Positions 9,900-19,652 of a DNA stretch of 64,000 nt are shown here, piece after piece. The translations under genes were made by a program, and so were the position numbers. Within the stretch, counting starts at the first letter, position 1, and each line of letters begins with the position of its first letter. Source of the stretch: Gammaproteobacteria bacterium (lineage in GTDB: Bacteria; Pseudomonadota; Gammaproteobacteria; CAJXQU01); contig CBDDAG010000001.1 in assembly GCA_965224825.1 (NCBI GenBank), forward strand, positions 1,147,705 to 1,211,704, read 5' to 3'. Under the pieces are notes generated by a model. It was not told where the DNA came from, did not search any database, and saw only the letters and a list, made by a program, of their open reading frames with translations.

Positions 9900-10421
9900 A
9901 TGCGAGTGAGTTTATGGTTGTCAGTTTTGCTGACAGGGAGTGCTTTTGCCGCTGGCGTGGATATTGAGCGCTATGCCTATAAAAGTGAATTTCATCTGGC
10001 CTGTGAAAAGTCTGCATTAAATGTTCATGCCGGAAAGGTGCTAAAGGTTGAATTCAAGATTGATGACGATCAGCCTGTTTATGAGTTTGATATCCGGGCG
10101 GCAGATGGCGTTGACTGGGATGTGACGTGTGATGCCGATAAGAATGAGATTATCGAGATCGAACAAGAAGTTCCCAGCGTCAATCATCCACTTTTCCTAT
10201 CGAAAAAACATATTGATGAAAAACAGGCGAGAGCGATCGTGATGGATGCCTGGCCTGGCGATATTCTGGAAATCGAATATGAAATAGAACCCGATGGCGC
10301 AGCTTCCTACGAATTTGATATTCACACTTATAAAGGTGTGGATATGAAGGTCGAAGTGGATGCCAGCAGTGGTGACATCGTGGAGCAAAATGAAGAGCTG
10401 TGGCAAGAGGGCTATGAATAA
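9900..10421 (+). CDS. Periplasmic two-PepSY-domain protein, lanpepsy (LanP)-like
   Basis: Signal peptide (SAFA) and two PepSY repeats (VYEFDI..WDVTCDA / SYEFDI..KVEVDASSG); strongly acidic. Confidence 0.85.
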   Translation: MRVSLWLSVLLTGSAFAAGVDIERYAYKSEFHLACEKSALNVHAGKVLKVEFKIDDDQPVYEFDIRAADGVDWDVTCDADKNEIIEIEQEVPSVNHPLFLSKKHIDEKQARAIVMDAWPGDILEIEYEIEPDGAASYEFDIHTYKGVDMKVEVDASSGDIVEQNEELWQEGYE

Positions 10422-11790
10422 GCTTTTTACACTGTTGTCAGTTTTACTACTTTTATCGTCTTGTGCGGAATATCAAACTTATGAAGAGTCGCCGATTGAC
10501 GTCGAGCAAACCACTCGTGACTACCGATCTCAGGATCTTCATTCGCCGGAAGTAAAAAGCTGGCTGGATGAGTCTGATCAGGATGTGAGTGTCTGGCCAA
10601 AATCTCAGTGGGATCTTGAGAGCCTTGTGTTGGTTGGGCAATTATTCAGTAAGGATCTGGATGTTGCGAAGGCTAAAGTTAACGTTGCCAAAGCCGGAGA
10701 AATCACTGCAGGTCAAAAACTAAATCCGGAATTAGATCTTTCTACCGAACATCATAGCGATCAGTTTGATGGTATTTCTCCGTGGACATTTGGATCGATT
10801 TTTAGCTGGGTGTATCAACGCCCTGAAAAACGTCAGACAAGGATTGATCATGCCAAAGCGGTGACAGAAGTTGCGCGTTTGAAAGAGTTTGAGATCAGAT
10901 GGCAGATCCGTGATCGGATCATGGATAATTATCTGGATACGATGGCGGCGATCAGGAAAAAAGAAATGTTGCTTGTCGAAAAGGAAACTGTGCAGGAAGC
11001 GCTGGATCTGCTGGAACGAAGTCTTGAACTGGGGCAGGTGAGTGATTTCGAGATCAATTCAACGCGGCTGGAAATGCAGCGATTGATGTTGTCCTTGAGT
11101 GAAGTTGAAGCTGATCAGATCAGAGCAAGAACACGACTGGCGCTGGCGACAGGTTTAGCGGCGGATGGTTTGGATAATATTGATCTGGATCATCAATATT
11201 TCATGCAATTGCCTGATCTGGATTCTATTGATCTGGAGCTTGATTTATTACAGGTGCGAGCTTTGGTCGAGCGGCCAGATGTGTTGGGTGTTTTATCCGA
11301 ATATGTTGTTGCCGAGGCTGATCTTCATCATGAAATAGAAAACCAGTATCCTGACTTTAAGTTATCTCCGGGATTTATTTTTGATCAGGATGATAATATC
11401 TGGGCGCTGGCCGGCGCATGGGCTTTACCGATCAATGCAATAAATGAAGGACCGATCGCAGAAGCGGAAGCCAGACGTGAATTAAAGGCTCAGGAGTTTC
11501 TCGCCTTTCAGAAGGAAGTGCTTGGGCAGGTTCATGAAACGCGGATCAGATATCGATCAGCTCTGGATACACTTCAGGAGGCCGATGCTTTGATCAGTGA
11601 TCTTGAAGATCGTGATCAGAAAATTCAGAAGCAATATGATCATGGTTATACTGACCGACTAAGCATTATTAGAAGTCAGCTTGAGATTTTGACGGCTCGA
11701 CGATCACGTTTCCTGCTGGAATTAAATGCATGGAGAGAGTTCGCCGGAATGGAAGATGCTGCGATGAGAACGCTCTCAGAAGAAAAATAA
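10414..11790 (+). CDS. TolC-family outer-membrane efflux lipoprotein
   Basis: ATG 10414 overlaps the PepSY stop; lipobox LLSSC; OEP repeats (RPDV...AEADL...YPDF). Confidence 0.88.
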   Translation: MNKLFTLLSVLLLLSSCAEYQTYEESPIDVEQTTRDYRSQDLHSPEVKSWLDESDQDVSVWPKSQWDLESLVLVGQLFSKDLDVAKAKVNVAKAGEITAGQKLNPELDLSTEHHSDQFDGISPWTFGSIFSWVYQRPEKRQTRIDHAKAVTEVARLKEFEIRWQIRDRIMDNYLDTMAAIRKKEMLLVEKETVQEALDLLERSLELGQVSDFEINSTRLEMQRLMLSLSEVEADQIRARTRLALATGLAADGLDNIDLDHQYFMQLPDLDSIDLELDLLQVRALVERPDVLGVLSEYVVAEADLHHEIENQYPDFKLSPGFIFDQDDNIWALAGAWALPINAINEGPIAEAEARRELKAQEFLAFQKEVLGQVHETRIRYRSALDTLQEADALISDLEDRDQKIQKQYDHGYTDRLSIIRSQLEILTARRSRFLLELNAWREFAGMEDAAMRTLSEEK

Positions 11791-11794
11791 TAAT

Positions 11795-12937
11795 ATGAAA
11801 ACACTAATAAAAATCATTCTGCTCCTGATTCTCGTGGTGGCTGTTTTTGTTGGCGTGCGAACTTTTTCCGGTGATCAGGGATTTGTCGTTGCGCTTGATC
11901 AATGGCTGGATCAGTTTCAGGAACAGGAAGGTGAAGCCGAGCATGAAGATGATGATTCGGATGAAGACGAAGAAGATGACGATGATGTTCCATCACGGGT
12001 AGAAATCCACGAAGGTTTGCCCGCAGTAAGGTTGACTGACGAGATCATGTCCCGCAGTGGAATTCAGACCAGCTCACTGCAAGTTGTTTCACATTTACAT
12101 GAGGCGCGTGCGACAGGACTGGTGGTTGATTTTCAGCCCTTGCTCGGGAGGCGAACCGACTATCATAAAGCCGGATCTGATCTGATTCTTGCCGAAGAAA
12201 GTTTGCAGGCTTCGGCAAGAGTTTATGAACGTTTACGTGTATTGCACAAAGAGCGCGCCAATGTTTCTTTGCGACAGGTTGAAGAGGCTCGTTTTCGTAT
12301 GACAGAAAACAAGGCACGGAAAGTTTCAGCGGCACAGCTTATGCAAAATATTCGCACGGAAACCATGCAGAAATGGGGCAAAGAATTAAGCAACTGGGCA
12401 CTTGGATCAAAAGAAGCTGGTAAAGAACAAAGTAGTTATTTTGATCGCCTGTTACAAAAACAGGATGTTCTGATCATGGTGACGTTGCCACCGGATCTTA
12501 CCTTGCCTGAAGAGACAAGTTTTGTTTTCATCAACACACATCCCGAACGATCCACCTCAAGAAAAGCCTATCTGATCTCACCAGCTTCACATACAAATTT
12601 ATTGTCGCAAGGTGTGACTTACTACTTCAGAACGCCTGCAGAAAATATGCGTATTGGTATGCATTTGTCAGCCTGGGTGATCGTCTCCGATGAAGTCGAA
12701 ACCGGTGTCGATGTGCCGCCGGCTTCGGTGATCTGGTACGGTGGTCAGCCGTGGGTTTACGTTCAGGTGGAAGATGATCTTTATTCACGCCGCCCCGTTG
12801 CAGATTATCGTGAAACGGATTTCGGCTGGTTTATCACGGACACATTTGAACAGGATGAAAAGATCGTGATCCGTGGTGGTCAGCTACTACTTTCGGAAGA
12901 ATTAAGATGGCAGATCCCTGACGAGGACGACGACTAA
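11795..12937 (+). CDS. RND periplasmic adaptor (membrane fusion protein) with poly-acidic linker
   Basis: N-terminal TM, EQEGEAEHEDDDSDEDEEDDDD linker, VPPASVIWYGGQPWVYV, IVIRGGQLLLSEE, C-terminal IPDEDDD. Confidence 0.88.
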   Translation: MKTLIKIILLLILVVAVFVGVRTFSGDQGFVVALDQWLDQFQEQEGEAEHEDDDSDEDEEDDDDVPSRVEIHEGLPAVRLTDEIMSRSGIQTSSLQVVSHLHEARATGLVVDFQPLLGRRTDYHKAGSDLILAEESLQASARVYERLRVLHKERANVSLRQVEEARFRMTENKARKVSAAQLMQNIRTETMQKWGKELSNWALGSKEAGKEQSSYFDRLLQKQDVLIMVTLPPDLTLPEETSFVFINTHPERSTSRKAYLISPASHTNLLSQGVTYYFRTPAENMRIGMHLSAWVIVSDEVETGVDVPPASVIWYGGQPWVYVQVEDDLYSRRPVADYRETDFGWFITDTFEQDEKIVIRGGQLLLSEELRWQIPDEDDD

Positions 12938-12942
12938 AATTC

Positions 12943-15900
12943 ATGTTGTCCATCATCGTAAGATTTTCAGTTCGTTACTATGGCATTGTCATTGCTCTGT
13001 CAATCTTGCTACTGGCATACGGCGTATTTCGTTTGTCCAATGCCGGTCTGGATATTTTTCCGGAGTTTTCTCCTAAACAGGTCATTATTCAAACTGAGTC
13101 TCAGGGTTTCTCCGCCGAGCAGGTCGAGGTGCTTGTCACCCAGCCGATCGAAAGCGCGATCAGCGGATTGATCGGGCTGGATTATTTGCGATCAGAATCG
13201 ATTCAGGGCTTGTCGATCGTCACCGCCACTTTTGCTGAAGATACCGATATTTATCTAAACAGGCAGATGGTTAGCGAACGATTATCCAGTGTCGGAACGC
13301 TGTTGCCAGAAGGTGTTGGTACGCCCGTTCCTGTGCCACTGGCATCGTCTTCGGCCACCGTTCTGACCATTGGTGTGCGATCAGATTCCATGGACATGAT
13401 GGAGTTGCGAAGCATTGTTGACTGGACGATTGTGCCGCAGGTTTTGAGCGTCAGTGGTGTTGCTGATGTGAATGTGTTTGGTGGTGAGATCAAACAATTA
13501 CAGATCCAGATCAAGCCGGAAAAATTACGTCGTTATGGACTTGGAATTGCGGAAGTGATCGAAGCAGCGAGCCAATCCACTGCGATCAAAGGTGCTGGTT
13601 TTATCGAGAACGATAATCAACGTTTTACCATTCAAACTAGTGGTGATGCAGCGACTCCAGAAGATATTGGCAAGGTTGTGATCAAACGTGAAAATGGTCA
13701 CTCAATCCAGATCTCGGATGTGGCTGATGTGCTCATGGCGCCAGAGCCACGTATTGGAGCAGCGGCGATTATGGGTAAACCGGCAATCGTCATGATGGTG
13801 ATTGGTCAGTACGGCGCGAACACGCTGAATGTTTCAACCTCAGTCGAAGAGGTGCTGGCAGATCTGGAAGCGGTATTCGACAAGCAGGATATTGAATTCT
13901 ATTCGCACCTATTTCGTCCCGCAGACTACATCGAACGATCACTGAAAAACATCACCGAACATCTGTTCATTGGTGGTGCTTTTGTTTTGATCATTTTGTA
14001 TGTTTTTCTATTCAATATTCGCACGGCTTTTATCTCCGCACTGGCAATTCCTCTTTCGCTGGTTAGTGCTGCACTGGTATTACTGGAAAGCGGAGTAAAT
14101 TTAAACATCATGGTACTCGGCGGACTCGGGATCGCGTTGGGTGAGGTGGTCGATGATGCGATCATCGATACGGAAAATATCTATCGACGGCTGAGAGAAA
14201 ATCGATTACTGCCTGTGCCGAAATCTATTTCAGATGTGGTTTATGAAGCGTCGATGGAAGTACGTGGATCAGTTGTTTATGCCAGCTTTATTGTTGCTCT
14301 TGTTTTTGTTCCATTGCTCACGCTTGGCGGAGTTGCCGGACGTTTGTTTTCGCCATTGGGCGTGTCCTACATTCTGGCGATCCTGACTTCATTGCTGGTC
14401 GCTTTAACGGTCACTCCGGCTCTTTGTTATTTGTTATTAGGCAATAGAAAATTACCTGAAAATGATCCGCCGTTGATCAGATTGATCCATCCGATCTATG
14501 CAGGTTTTTTAAGAATAACCGCAAGGTTACCAACCTTGACGATCGGAGCAACCTTACTTTTTTGCGTAGCCGGAATCGCGATTATTCCGAGTCTTGGATC
14601 ACGTTTCCTGCCAGAGTTACGCGAAGGACATTACATCGTTCATACAACAGCAATGCCGGGAACTTCTCTGGAACAATCGATTCAGGCCGGCAATAAACTG
14701 ACCAAGGAATTCCTAAAAATACCGGGTGTCCGATCAGTCTCACAATGGGCGGGTAGGGCAGAGCGATCTGCCGACACTTATGGAAGTCATTACAGCGAAT
14801 TTGAAGTTGATCTGGATACACTCTCCGGTAGCGAACAACAGGAAGTGATCGATGGTTTAAGAGAAGTGCTGAAAGCATTTCCCGGATTATTATTCGAAGC
14901 GAATACCTTTCTGATCGAACGTGTCGATGAAACCATCTCCGGCTACACATCGCCGGTAGTGGTCAATCTTTATGGTAACGAACTTGGCTTTCTTGATCGA
15001 AAAGCACAGGCACTAGCGGAGATCATGCGATCAATCGATGGAGCTACCGATGTACAAATGCGATCATCACATGGCACGCCAGTTTTGCAAGTACGATTAA
15101 AACATGATCGCTTGAACAGTTTGGGCTTACGACCGGTAGAAGTCATGGACGCGATCCAGATCGCCTACGAAGGAAAAGTCGTTGGCAAAAGTTATCAGGG
15201 TAATCGTCTTTATGATGTCAGCGTGATCATCGAGCCCGAGTTGCGTAACAACCCGGAAGATCTGGCAAAACTACCATTAAAAACACCCGATGGCTTAACC
15301 GTTCCTTTGACAGAAGTTGCTACGATTCTACAAGTAGACGGACGCTACAATATTCTCCATCAAGGTGCTCAACGAATTCAAACCGTTACCTGTAATGTGC
15401 GTGATCGCGACATGGGAGGTTTCGTTAAAGAACTGAAATCCCGCGTCCTGAATGAAATTGAATTTGAAGCGGGGGCATATCCCGAATTCACCGGCGCAGC
15501 GATAGAGCAGGCCAAAGCCAGAGAAGATCTGATCTTACATTCACTGGTCGCTGCAATTGGTGTACTGATTTTGATCTACATGGCCGTAGGCAGAGTGCGG
15601 TATGTCGTGATCATGTTACTCAACCTGCCATTCTCACTGGTCGGCGGCGTAATTGCGGTGCTACTAACCGGAGCAACCTTATCCGTCGGATCAATGGTCG
15701 GCTTCGTCACCCTGTTCGGAATCACTGTCAGAAACTCAATCATGCTGATCTCGCATTATCGTTATCTGGTGGAAGAAGAAAACTTGCCCTGGAATATTGA
15801 AACCTTGATCAGGGGAGCCAAAGAACGCCTACCATCCATCCTGATGACAGCATTGGTGACGGCTCTTGCTATGTTACCGATAGCAATCGATAGCGATAAT

Positions 15901-16053
15901 CCCGGACGGGAAATTATGGGGCCAATGGCAGCGATCATTATTGGTGGTATGGCTTCTTCAACTATTCTTAATTTATTGATCTTACCGAGTATTATGTTTC
16001 ATTTTGGTGGGTTTGATTCTGAAAAGAAATCTAAAATTACCCAGACTGAATAA
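12943..16053 (+). CDS. CusA/CzcA-type heavy-metal RND transporter
   Basis: 1036 aa; LDIFPEF, GEVVDDAIIDTEN (TM4), ERLPSILMTAL, GREIMGPMA. Confidence 0.95.
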   Translation: MLSIIVRFSVRYYGIVIALSILLLAYGVFRLSNAGLDIFPEFSPKQVIIQTESQGFSAEQVEVLVTQPIESAISGLIGLDYLRSESIQGLSIVTATFAEDTDIYLNRQMVSERLSSVGTLLPEGVGTPVPVPLASSSATVLTIGVRSDSMDMMELRSIVDWTIVPQVLSVSGVADVNVFGGEIKQLQIQIKPEKLRRYGLGIAEVIEAASQSTAIKGAGFIENDNQRFTIQTSGDAATPEDIGKVVIKRENGHSIQISDVADVLMAPEPRIGAAAIMGKPAIVMMVIGQYGANTLNVSTSVEEVLADLEAVFDKQDIEFYSHLFRPADYIERSLKNITEHLFIGGAFVLIILYVFLFNIRTAFISALAIPLSLVSAALVLLESGVNLNIMVLGGLGIALGEVVDDAIIDTENIYRRLRENRLLPVPKSISDVVYEASMEVRGSVVYASFIVALVFVPLLTLGGVAGRLFSPLGVSYILAILTSLLVALTVTPALCYLLLGNRKLPENDPPLIRLIHPIYAGFLRITARLPTLTIGATLLFCVAGIAIIPSLGSRFLPELREGHYIVHTTAMPGTSLEQSIQAGNKLTKEFLKIPGVRSVSQWAGRAERSADTYGSHYSEFEVDLDTLSGSEQQEVIDGLREVLKAFPGLLFEANTFLIERVDETISGYTSPVVVNLYGNELGFLDRKAQALAEIMRSIDGATDVQMRSSHGTPVLQVRLKHDRLNSLGLRPVEVMDAIQIAYEGKVVGKSYQGNRLYDVSVIIEPELRNNPEDLAKLPLKTPDGLTVPLTEVATILQVDGRYNILHQGAQRIQTVTCNVRDRDMGGFVKELKSRVLNEIEFEAGAYPEFTGAAIEQAKAREDLILHSLVAAIGVLILIYMAVGRVRYVVIMLLNLPFSLVGGVIAVLLTGATLSVGSMVGFVTLFGITVRNSIMLISHYRYLVEEENLPWNIETLIRGAKERLPSILMTALVTALAMLPIAIDSDNPGREIMGPMAAIIIGGMASSTILNLLILPSIMFHFGGFDSEKKSKITQTE

Positions 16054-16091
16054 TCGGTCGAACCTGACCTAATTGGTTTCAGCAGCGATAA

Positions 16092-16171
16092 ACATAACAC
16101 CAAAAGCAGCTGAAAAATGGTTGCGTAGAAATCGCAGCGACCACTTTTTCAGCTGGCTTTTTTTGTTATGT
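16092..16171 (-). mobile_element. Integron attC-like recombination site (may also serve as a bidirectional terminator)
   Basis: Minus strand: R'' ACATAAC, 5 bp, L'' AAGCCAGC ... L' GCTGCTT, 5 bp, R' GTTATGT; one extra base in L''; 9 bp after the csp stop. Confidence 0.75.
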
Positions 16172-16180
16172 GTTTGTCAT

Positions 16181-16387
16181 TTACACTGGTTTAACTTTGT
16201 TTGCACAGGGACCTTTCTGACCTTGACCCACTTCAAACTCAACGGCCTGACCCTCATTCAATGTTGCGAAACCACCACCAGCCTGAATTTCTGAATGATG
16301 AACAAACAGGTCTTTACTATCATCTTCTGGTGTAATAAAGCCGAAACCTTTTTCAGGGTTGAACCACTTAACTGTACCTTTATCCAT
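16181..16387 (-). CDS. Cold-shock protein (CspA family)
   Basis: [15 protein letters not shown] (RNP1), DLFVHHSEI (RNP2). Confidence 0.97.
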   Translation of the reverse strand: MDKGTVKWFNPEKGFGFITPEDDSKDLFVHHSEIQAGGGFATLNEGQAVEFEVGQGQKGPCANKVKPV

Positions 16388-16500
16388 GCTACATTCTCTA
16401 CTTTAGGGTGAAAAATATAATTCTGCTTTTGCTATCACCATTACAAAAACAGATGTTTTATCTACTTACGTAACCTCAGTAATGTAGGGCGCCCTACGTG

Positions 16501-16764
16501 CTAGGTATTTAGAGACTCTTCAAGTAAAAGAATAATAACCCAACATATCGCTAGACCAATAATAACAGGAATAAATTTAACACGATGTTCATTACCTACT
16601 TTATTAAATTGGCTTGGCATTAAAAAAATAAATGGTACTAAAAAATTTGCATACTTGCCTGTGATGTTAGTTATAATGTGGTAAAAGTGATAAATAGCCT
16701 TTCCGGTCAGAACGAAGCCACCAATAAAAGCTAATAACCAAATTATAAATTTAGCAATTTCCAT
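16501..16764 (-). CDS. Small AT-rich hypothetical membrane protein
   Basis: 87-aa ORF with 2-3 hydrophobic segments; much more AT-rich than its neighbours. Confidence 0.6.
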   Translation of the reverse strand: MEIAKFIIWLLAFIGGFVLTGKAIYHFYHIITNITGKYANFLVPFIFLMPSQFNKVGNEHRVKFIPVIIGLAICWVIILLLEESLNT

Positions 16765-16769
16765 ACATC

Positions 16770-17465
16770 TTAAAAAGTAGTCAACAAACCATCTTCAAGC
16801 TTCAAAACACGGTCCATGCGATTCGCCAGTTCAATATCATGAGTAACGATTAACAAGGTCGAATTCATTGATCGGTTTAATTCCATGATCAAATCAAAAA
16901 CCTGATCAGCAGTTTTCCGATCAAGGTTTCCAGTAGGTTCGTCTGCGAGTAAACATTTTGGATTGGTGATCAGTGCACGGGCAATTGCAGCTCTTTGTCT
17001 TTCACCACCAGAAAGTTCACCTGGTTTGTGTTCCAGTCGTTCTCCAAGACCTACTTTTTCAAGGATCGATCTTGCTTCAGCTTTTGCTTTGCTGACGCTT
17101 TGTCCTGCGATCAAAAGTGGCATGGCTACATTTTCTTCGGCAGTGAACTCAGGTAGCAAATGATGGAATTGATAAACAAATCCTAGACTGCGATTACGGA
17201 GTTTTCCTCTTGCAGACTCACTCAGATCGTTCATCTTTTCACCATCAACAAAGACTTCGCCTGAGGTTGGTAGATCAAGCCCACCAAGCAGATGCATGAG
17301 TGTGCTTTTACCTGAGCCGGATGTGCCGATAATGGCAACACTTTCGCCTGCTTTTAGATCAAGGTTGACTCCCTTCAGGACATCAACATGCAGTTTGCCT
17401 TCTTGAAAAGACATGGTCAGATCATGACAGGCGAGTAAGGTCTCCGGATTCGAATTATCATTCAT
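16770..17465 (-). CDS. lolD: Lipoprotein-releasing ABC ATPase
   Basis: [40 protein letters not shown]. Confidence 0.96.
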   Translation of the reverse strand: MNDNSNPETLLACHDLTMSFQEGKLHVDVLKGVNLDLKAGESVAIIGTSGSGKSTLMHLLGGLDLPTSGEVFVDGEKMNDLSESARGKLRNRSLGFVYQFHHLLPEFTAEENVAMPLLIAGQSVSKAKAEARSILEKVGLGERLEHKPGELSGGERQRAAIARALITNPKCLLADEPTGNLDRKTADQVFDLIMELNRSMNSTLLIVTHDIELANRMDRVLKLEDGLLTTF

Positions 17466-18708
17466 AGCGAAGTGCCTCGGCAGGTTGTGTGCGAGCAGCT
17501 CGCCATGCTGGATAGAGGGTTGCTAACAGACAGAGCACAAAAGCAACCACACCAATGTTGATCACTTCACTCCATTGCAGATCAGATGGTACGCCGCTGA
17601 TTACATAGGTATCCGCAGGCATAAAGACCGTATCAAACTTTTCTTCAATCCAGGGCACGATGTGTTTTATGTTGAGCGCCAGCAGAACACCTCCGGTGAT
17701 CCCGAGCAGGGTTCCAACCAAACCAATGATCACCCCCTGAATGATAAACACCCACATAATACTTCCGGGTGTCATGCCCAGTGTTCGGAGAATGGCGACA
17801 TCAGCCTGTTTGTCGGTGACAACCATGACCAGTGTGGAAACGATGTTGAACGCTGCGACGGCTACGATCAGGGTCAGGATCACAAACATGACCGTTTGTT
17901 CTGTTTTCAGGGCTTTGAAGAAGTTGGTGTGATATTGCGTCCAGTCGATCACACCGTAATAGCCCGGTAGTTGTTTGACGATGTCACGGCTGATCGTCGG
18001 CGCATTAAACATGTCATCGAGTTTGAGCCTTATTCCGGTGACACCTTCTTTGATTTTGAATAGTTTTTTCGCATCGTCAATATGAATAATCGCCATTGAA
18101 GAATCATATTCATTCATGCCGACTTCGAAGATCCCGACAACAGTAAATCGTTTCAGTCTTGGTACGATTCCGGCAGGTGTTGTGTTGGGTTGCGGTGCGA
18201 CGATGGTGACTTTATCGCCGACATTAGCACGCAAAGTAAGCGCAAGCGCGTAGCCCAAAACGATATTATATTTGCCAGATTCCAGATCGGTCAGTTTTCC
18301 CTGAACCATTTTTTCTGCGACGACGGAAACTTCGGGTTCTCTATCAGGAACAACGCCTCTGATCAGCGCACCTTGAACACCGCCACCGTTTGTCAGCATT
18401 GCCTGTTCTTGTACAAAAGGTGCAAGGCCGAGTACGTGCGGTTGTTGTCTCAGCGTATCTTCAAGTGATTCCCAGTTTTTAAGCGGCTGTTTTCCAGGCA
18501 CCTGTACGCTGGCATGAGCTGTCATACCAAGAATACGATCACGCAGCTCGTTCTCGAATCCATTCATGACAGAAAGGACGACGATCAAAGCCATCACACC
18601 AAGCGCGACACCGAGCATGGAGGAAAGTGAGATGAATGAAATAAAGTGATTTCGGCGTTTGGCGCGTGTGTATCTCAGGCCGATACTGAGTTCTATAGGT
18701 CGAAACAT
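17458..18708 (-). CDS. Lipoprotein-releasing ABC permease LolC/E (single copy, LolF-like)
   Basis: [43 protein letters not shown]. Confidence 0.95.
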   Translation of the reverse strand: MFRPIELSIGLRYTRAKRRNHFISFISLSSMLGVALGVMALIVVLSVMNGFENELRDRILGMTAHASVQVPGKQPLKNWESLEDTLRQQPHVLGLAPFVQEQAMLTNGGGVQGALIRGVVPDREPEVSVVAEKMVQGKLTDLESGKYNIVLGYALALTLRANVGDKVTIVAPQPNTTPAGIVPRLKRFTVVGIFEVGMNEYDSSMAIIHIDDAKKLFKIKEGVTGIRLKLDDMFNAPTISRDIVKQLPGYYGVIDWTQYHTNFFKALKTEQTVMFVILTLIVAVAAFNIVSTLVMVVTDKQADVAILRTLGMTPGSIMWVFIIQGVIIGLVGTLLGITGGVLLALNIKHIVPWIEEKFDTVFMPADTYVISGVPSDLQWSEVINIGVVAFVLCLLATLYPAWRAARTQPAEALRYE

Positions 18709-18749
18709 GGGTGAGGATTATAACCTACTCTTATTTATAATGGTGTCCT

Positions 18750-18913
18750 TAAGGAGGCTCTGATCAAGTGCTGATTGTTTTAGGCTGGCTGAAATAGCCC
18801 CAAACTTCTTCGAAAATCGCCGCAATAGAACAACTATTACCGCTCATTTCAAAGAAGTTTGGAACAATTTCCTCTCAACCTAAATTCAACCAGACTTAAT
18901 CAGAGTCTCCTTA
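18750..18913. repeat. MITE-like palindromic element (family B, copy 1)
   Basis: TIRs TAAGGAGGCTCTGATCAAGT / ACTTAATCAGAGTCTCCTTA (18/20); internal CAAACTTCTT / AAGAAGTTTG inverted pair; homologous to 27286-27499. Confidence 0.85.
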
Positions 18914-18983
18914 GTGCCCAAATTTAAGAAAAAGTTCAAGACATTCTTGTGTTTCACCAACTGATCAATATAGTCTTCGCATT

Positions 18984-19652
18984 ATGAAAATATTAGCCAT
19001 CGATACATCCACAGAAGCTTGTTCTGCCGCACTTTCTGTTGGAGATCAAGTTATCTCTCGATATGAACTTGCGCCGCGAAAGCACACTCAGCTGATCCTG
19101 CCGATGATTGATGATCTGATGAAAGAAGCTGATCTGTCGGCTACGCAGCTTGATGGACTGGCTTTTGGTCGTGGCCCTGGCGCGTTTACCGGGGTGAGAA
19201 TTGCCACGGGAGTGATCCAGGGAATTGCTTTTGGAGCAGATCTGCCGGTTGCTCCGGTTTCTTCTTTGGCTGCACTGGCACAAGGTTGTTGGCGAGATCA
19301 TAAAGCTGAAAAAGTGATCAGTGCGATTGATGCGCGGATGAAAGAGGTTTATTGGGGGCACTTCCAGCTGGAAAACGGCTTGATGATTTCAAGTATAGAA
19401 GAGGGTATTTGTGCCGCTGGTCAGCTTCCTTTACCAGAAGGTGAGGGTTGGTATGGTGCTGGAACTGGTTGGGAAAGTTATGCTGATCAGCTTGCCAGCC
19501 GTCTTGGAAGTAAAGTCTCGGCCAGCAGTCCGCAAGCTTGCCCACATGCGATTGATATTATTGATCTGGCCAGGCCAATCTTTGATCAGGGAAAAGCAGT
19601 CAGTGCGGAAGAGGTTAGTCCGGTTTATCTTCGTGATAATGTTGTGGGCTGA
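18984..19652 (+). CDS. tsaB: tRNA threonylcarbamoyladenosine biosynthesis protein TsaB
   Basis: ILAIDTSTEACS, GRGPGAFTGVRI, IDARMKEVY. Confidence 0.97.
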   Translation: MKILAIDTSTEACSAALSVGDQVISRYELAPRKHTQLILPMIDDLMKEADLSATQLDGLAFGRGPGAFTGVRIATGVIQGIAFGADLPVAPVSSLAALAQGCWRDHKAEKVISAIDARMKEVYWGHFQLENGLMISSIEEGICAAGQLPLPEGEGWYGAGTGWESYADQLASRLGSKVSASSPQACPHAIDIIDLARPIFDQGKAVSAEEVSPVYLRDNVVG

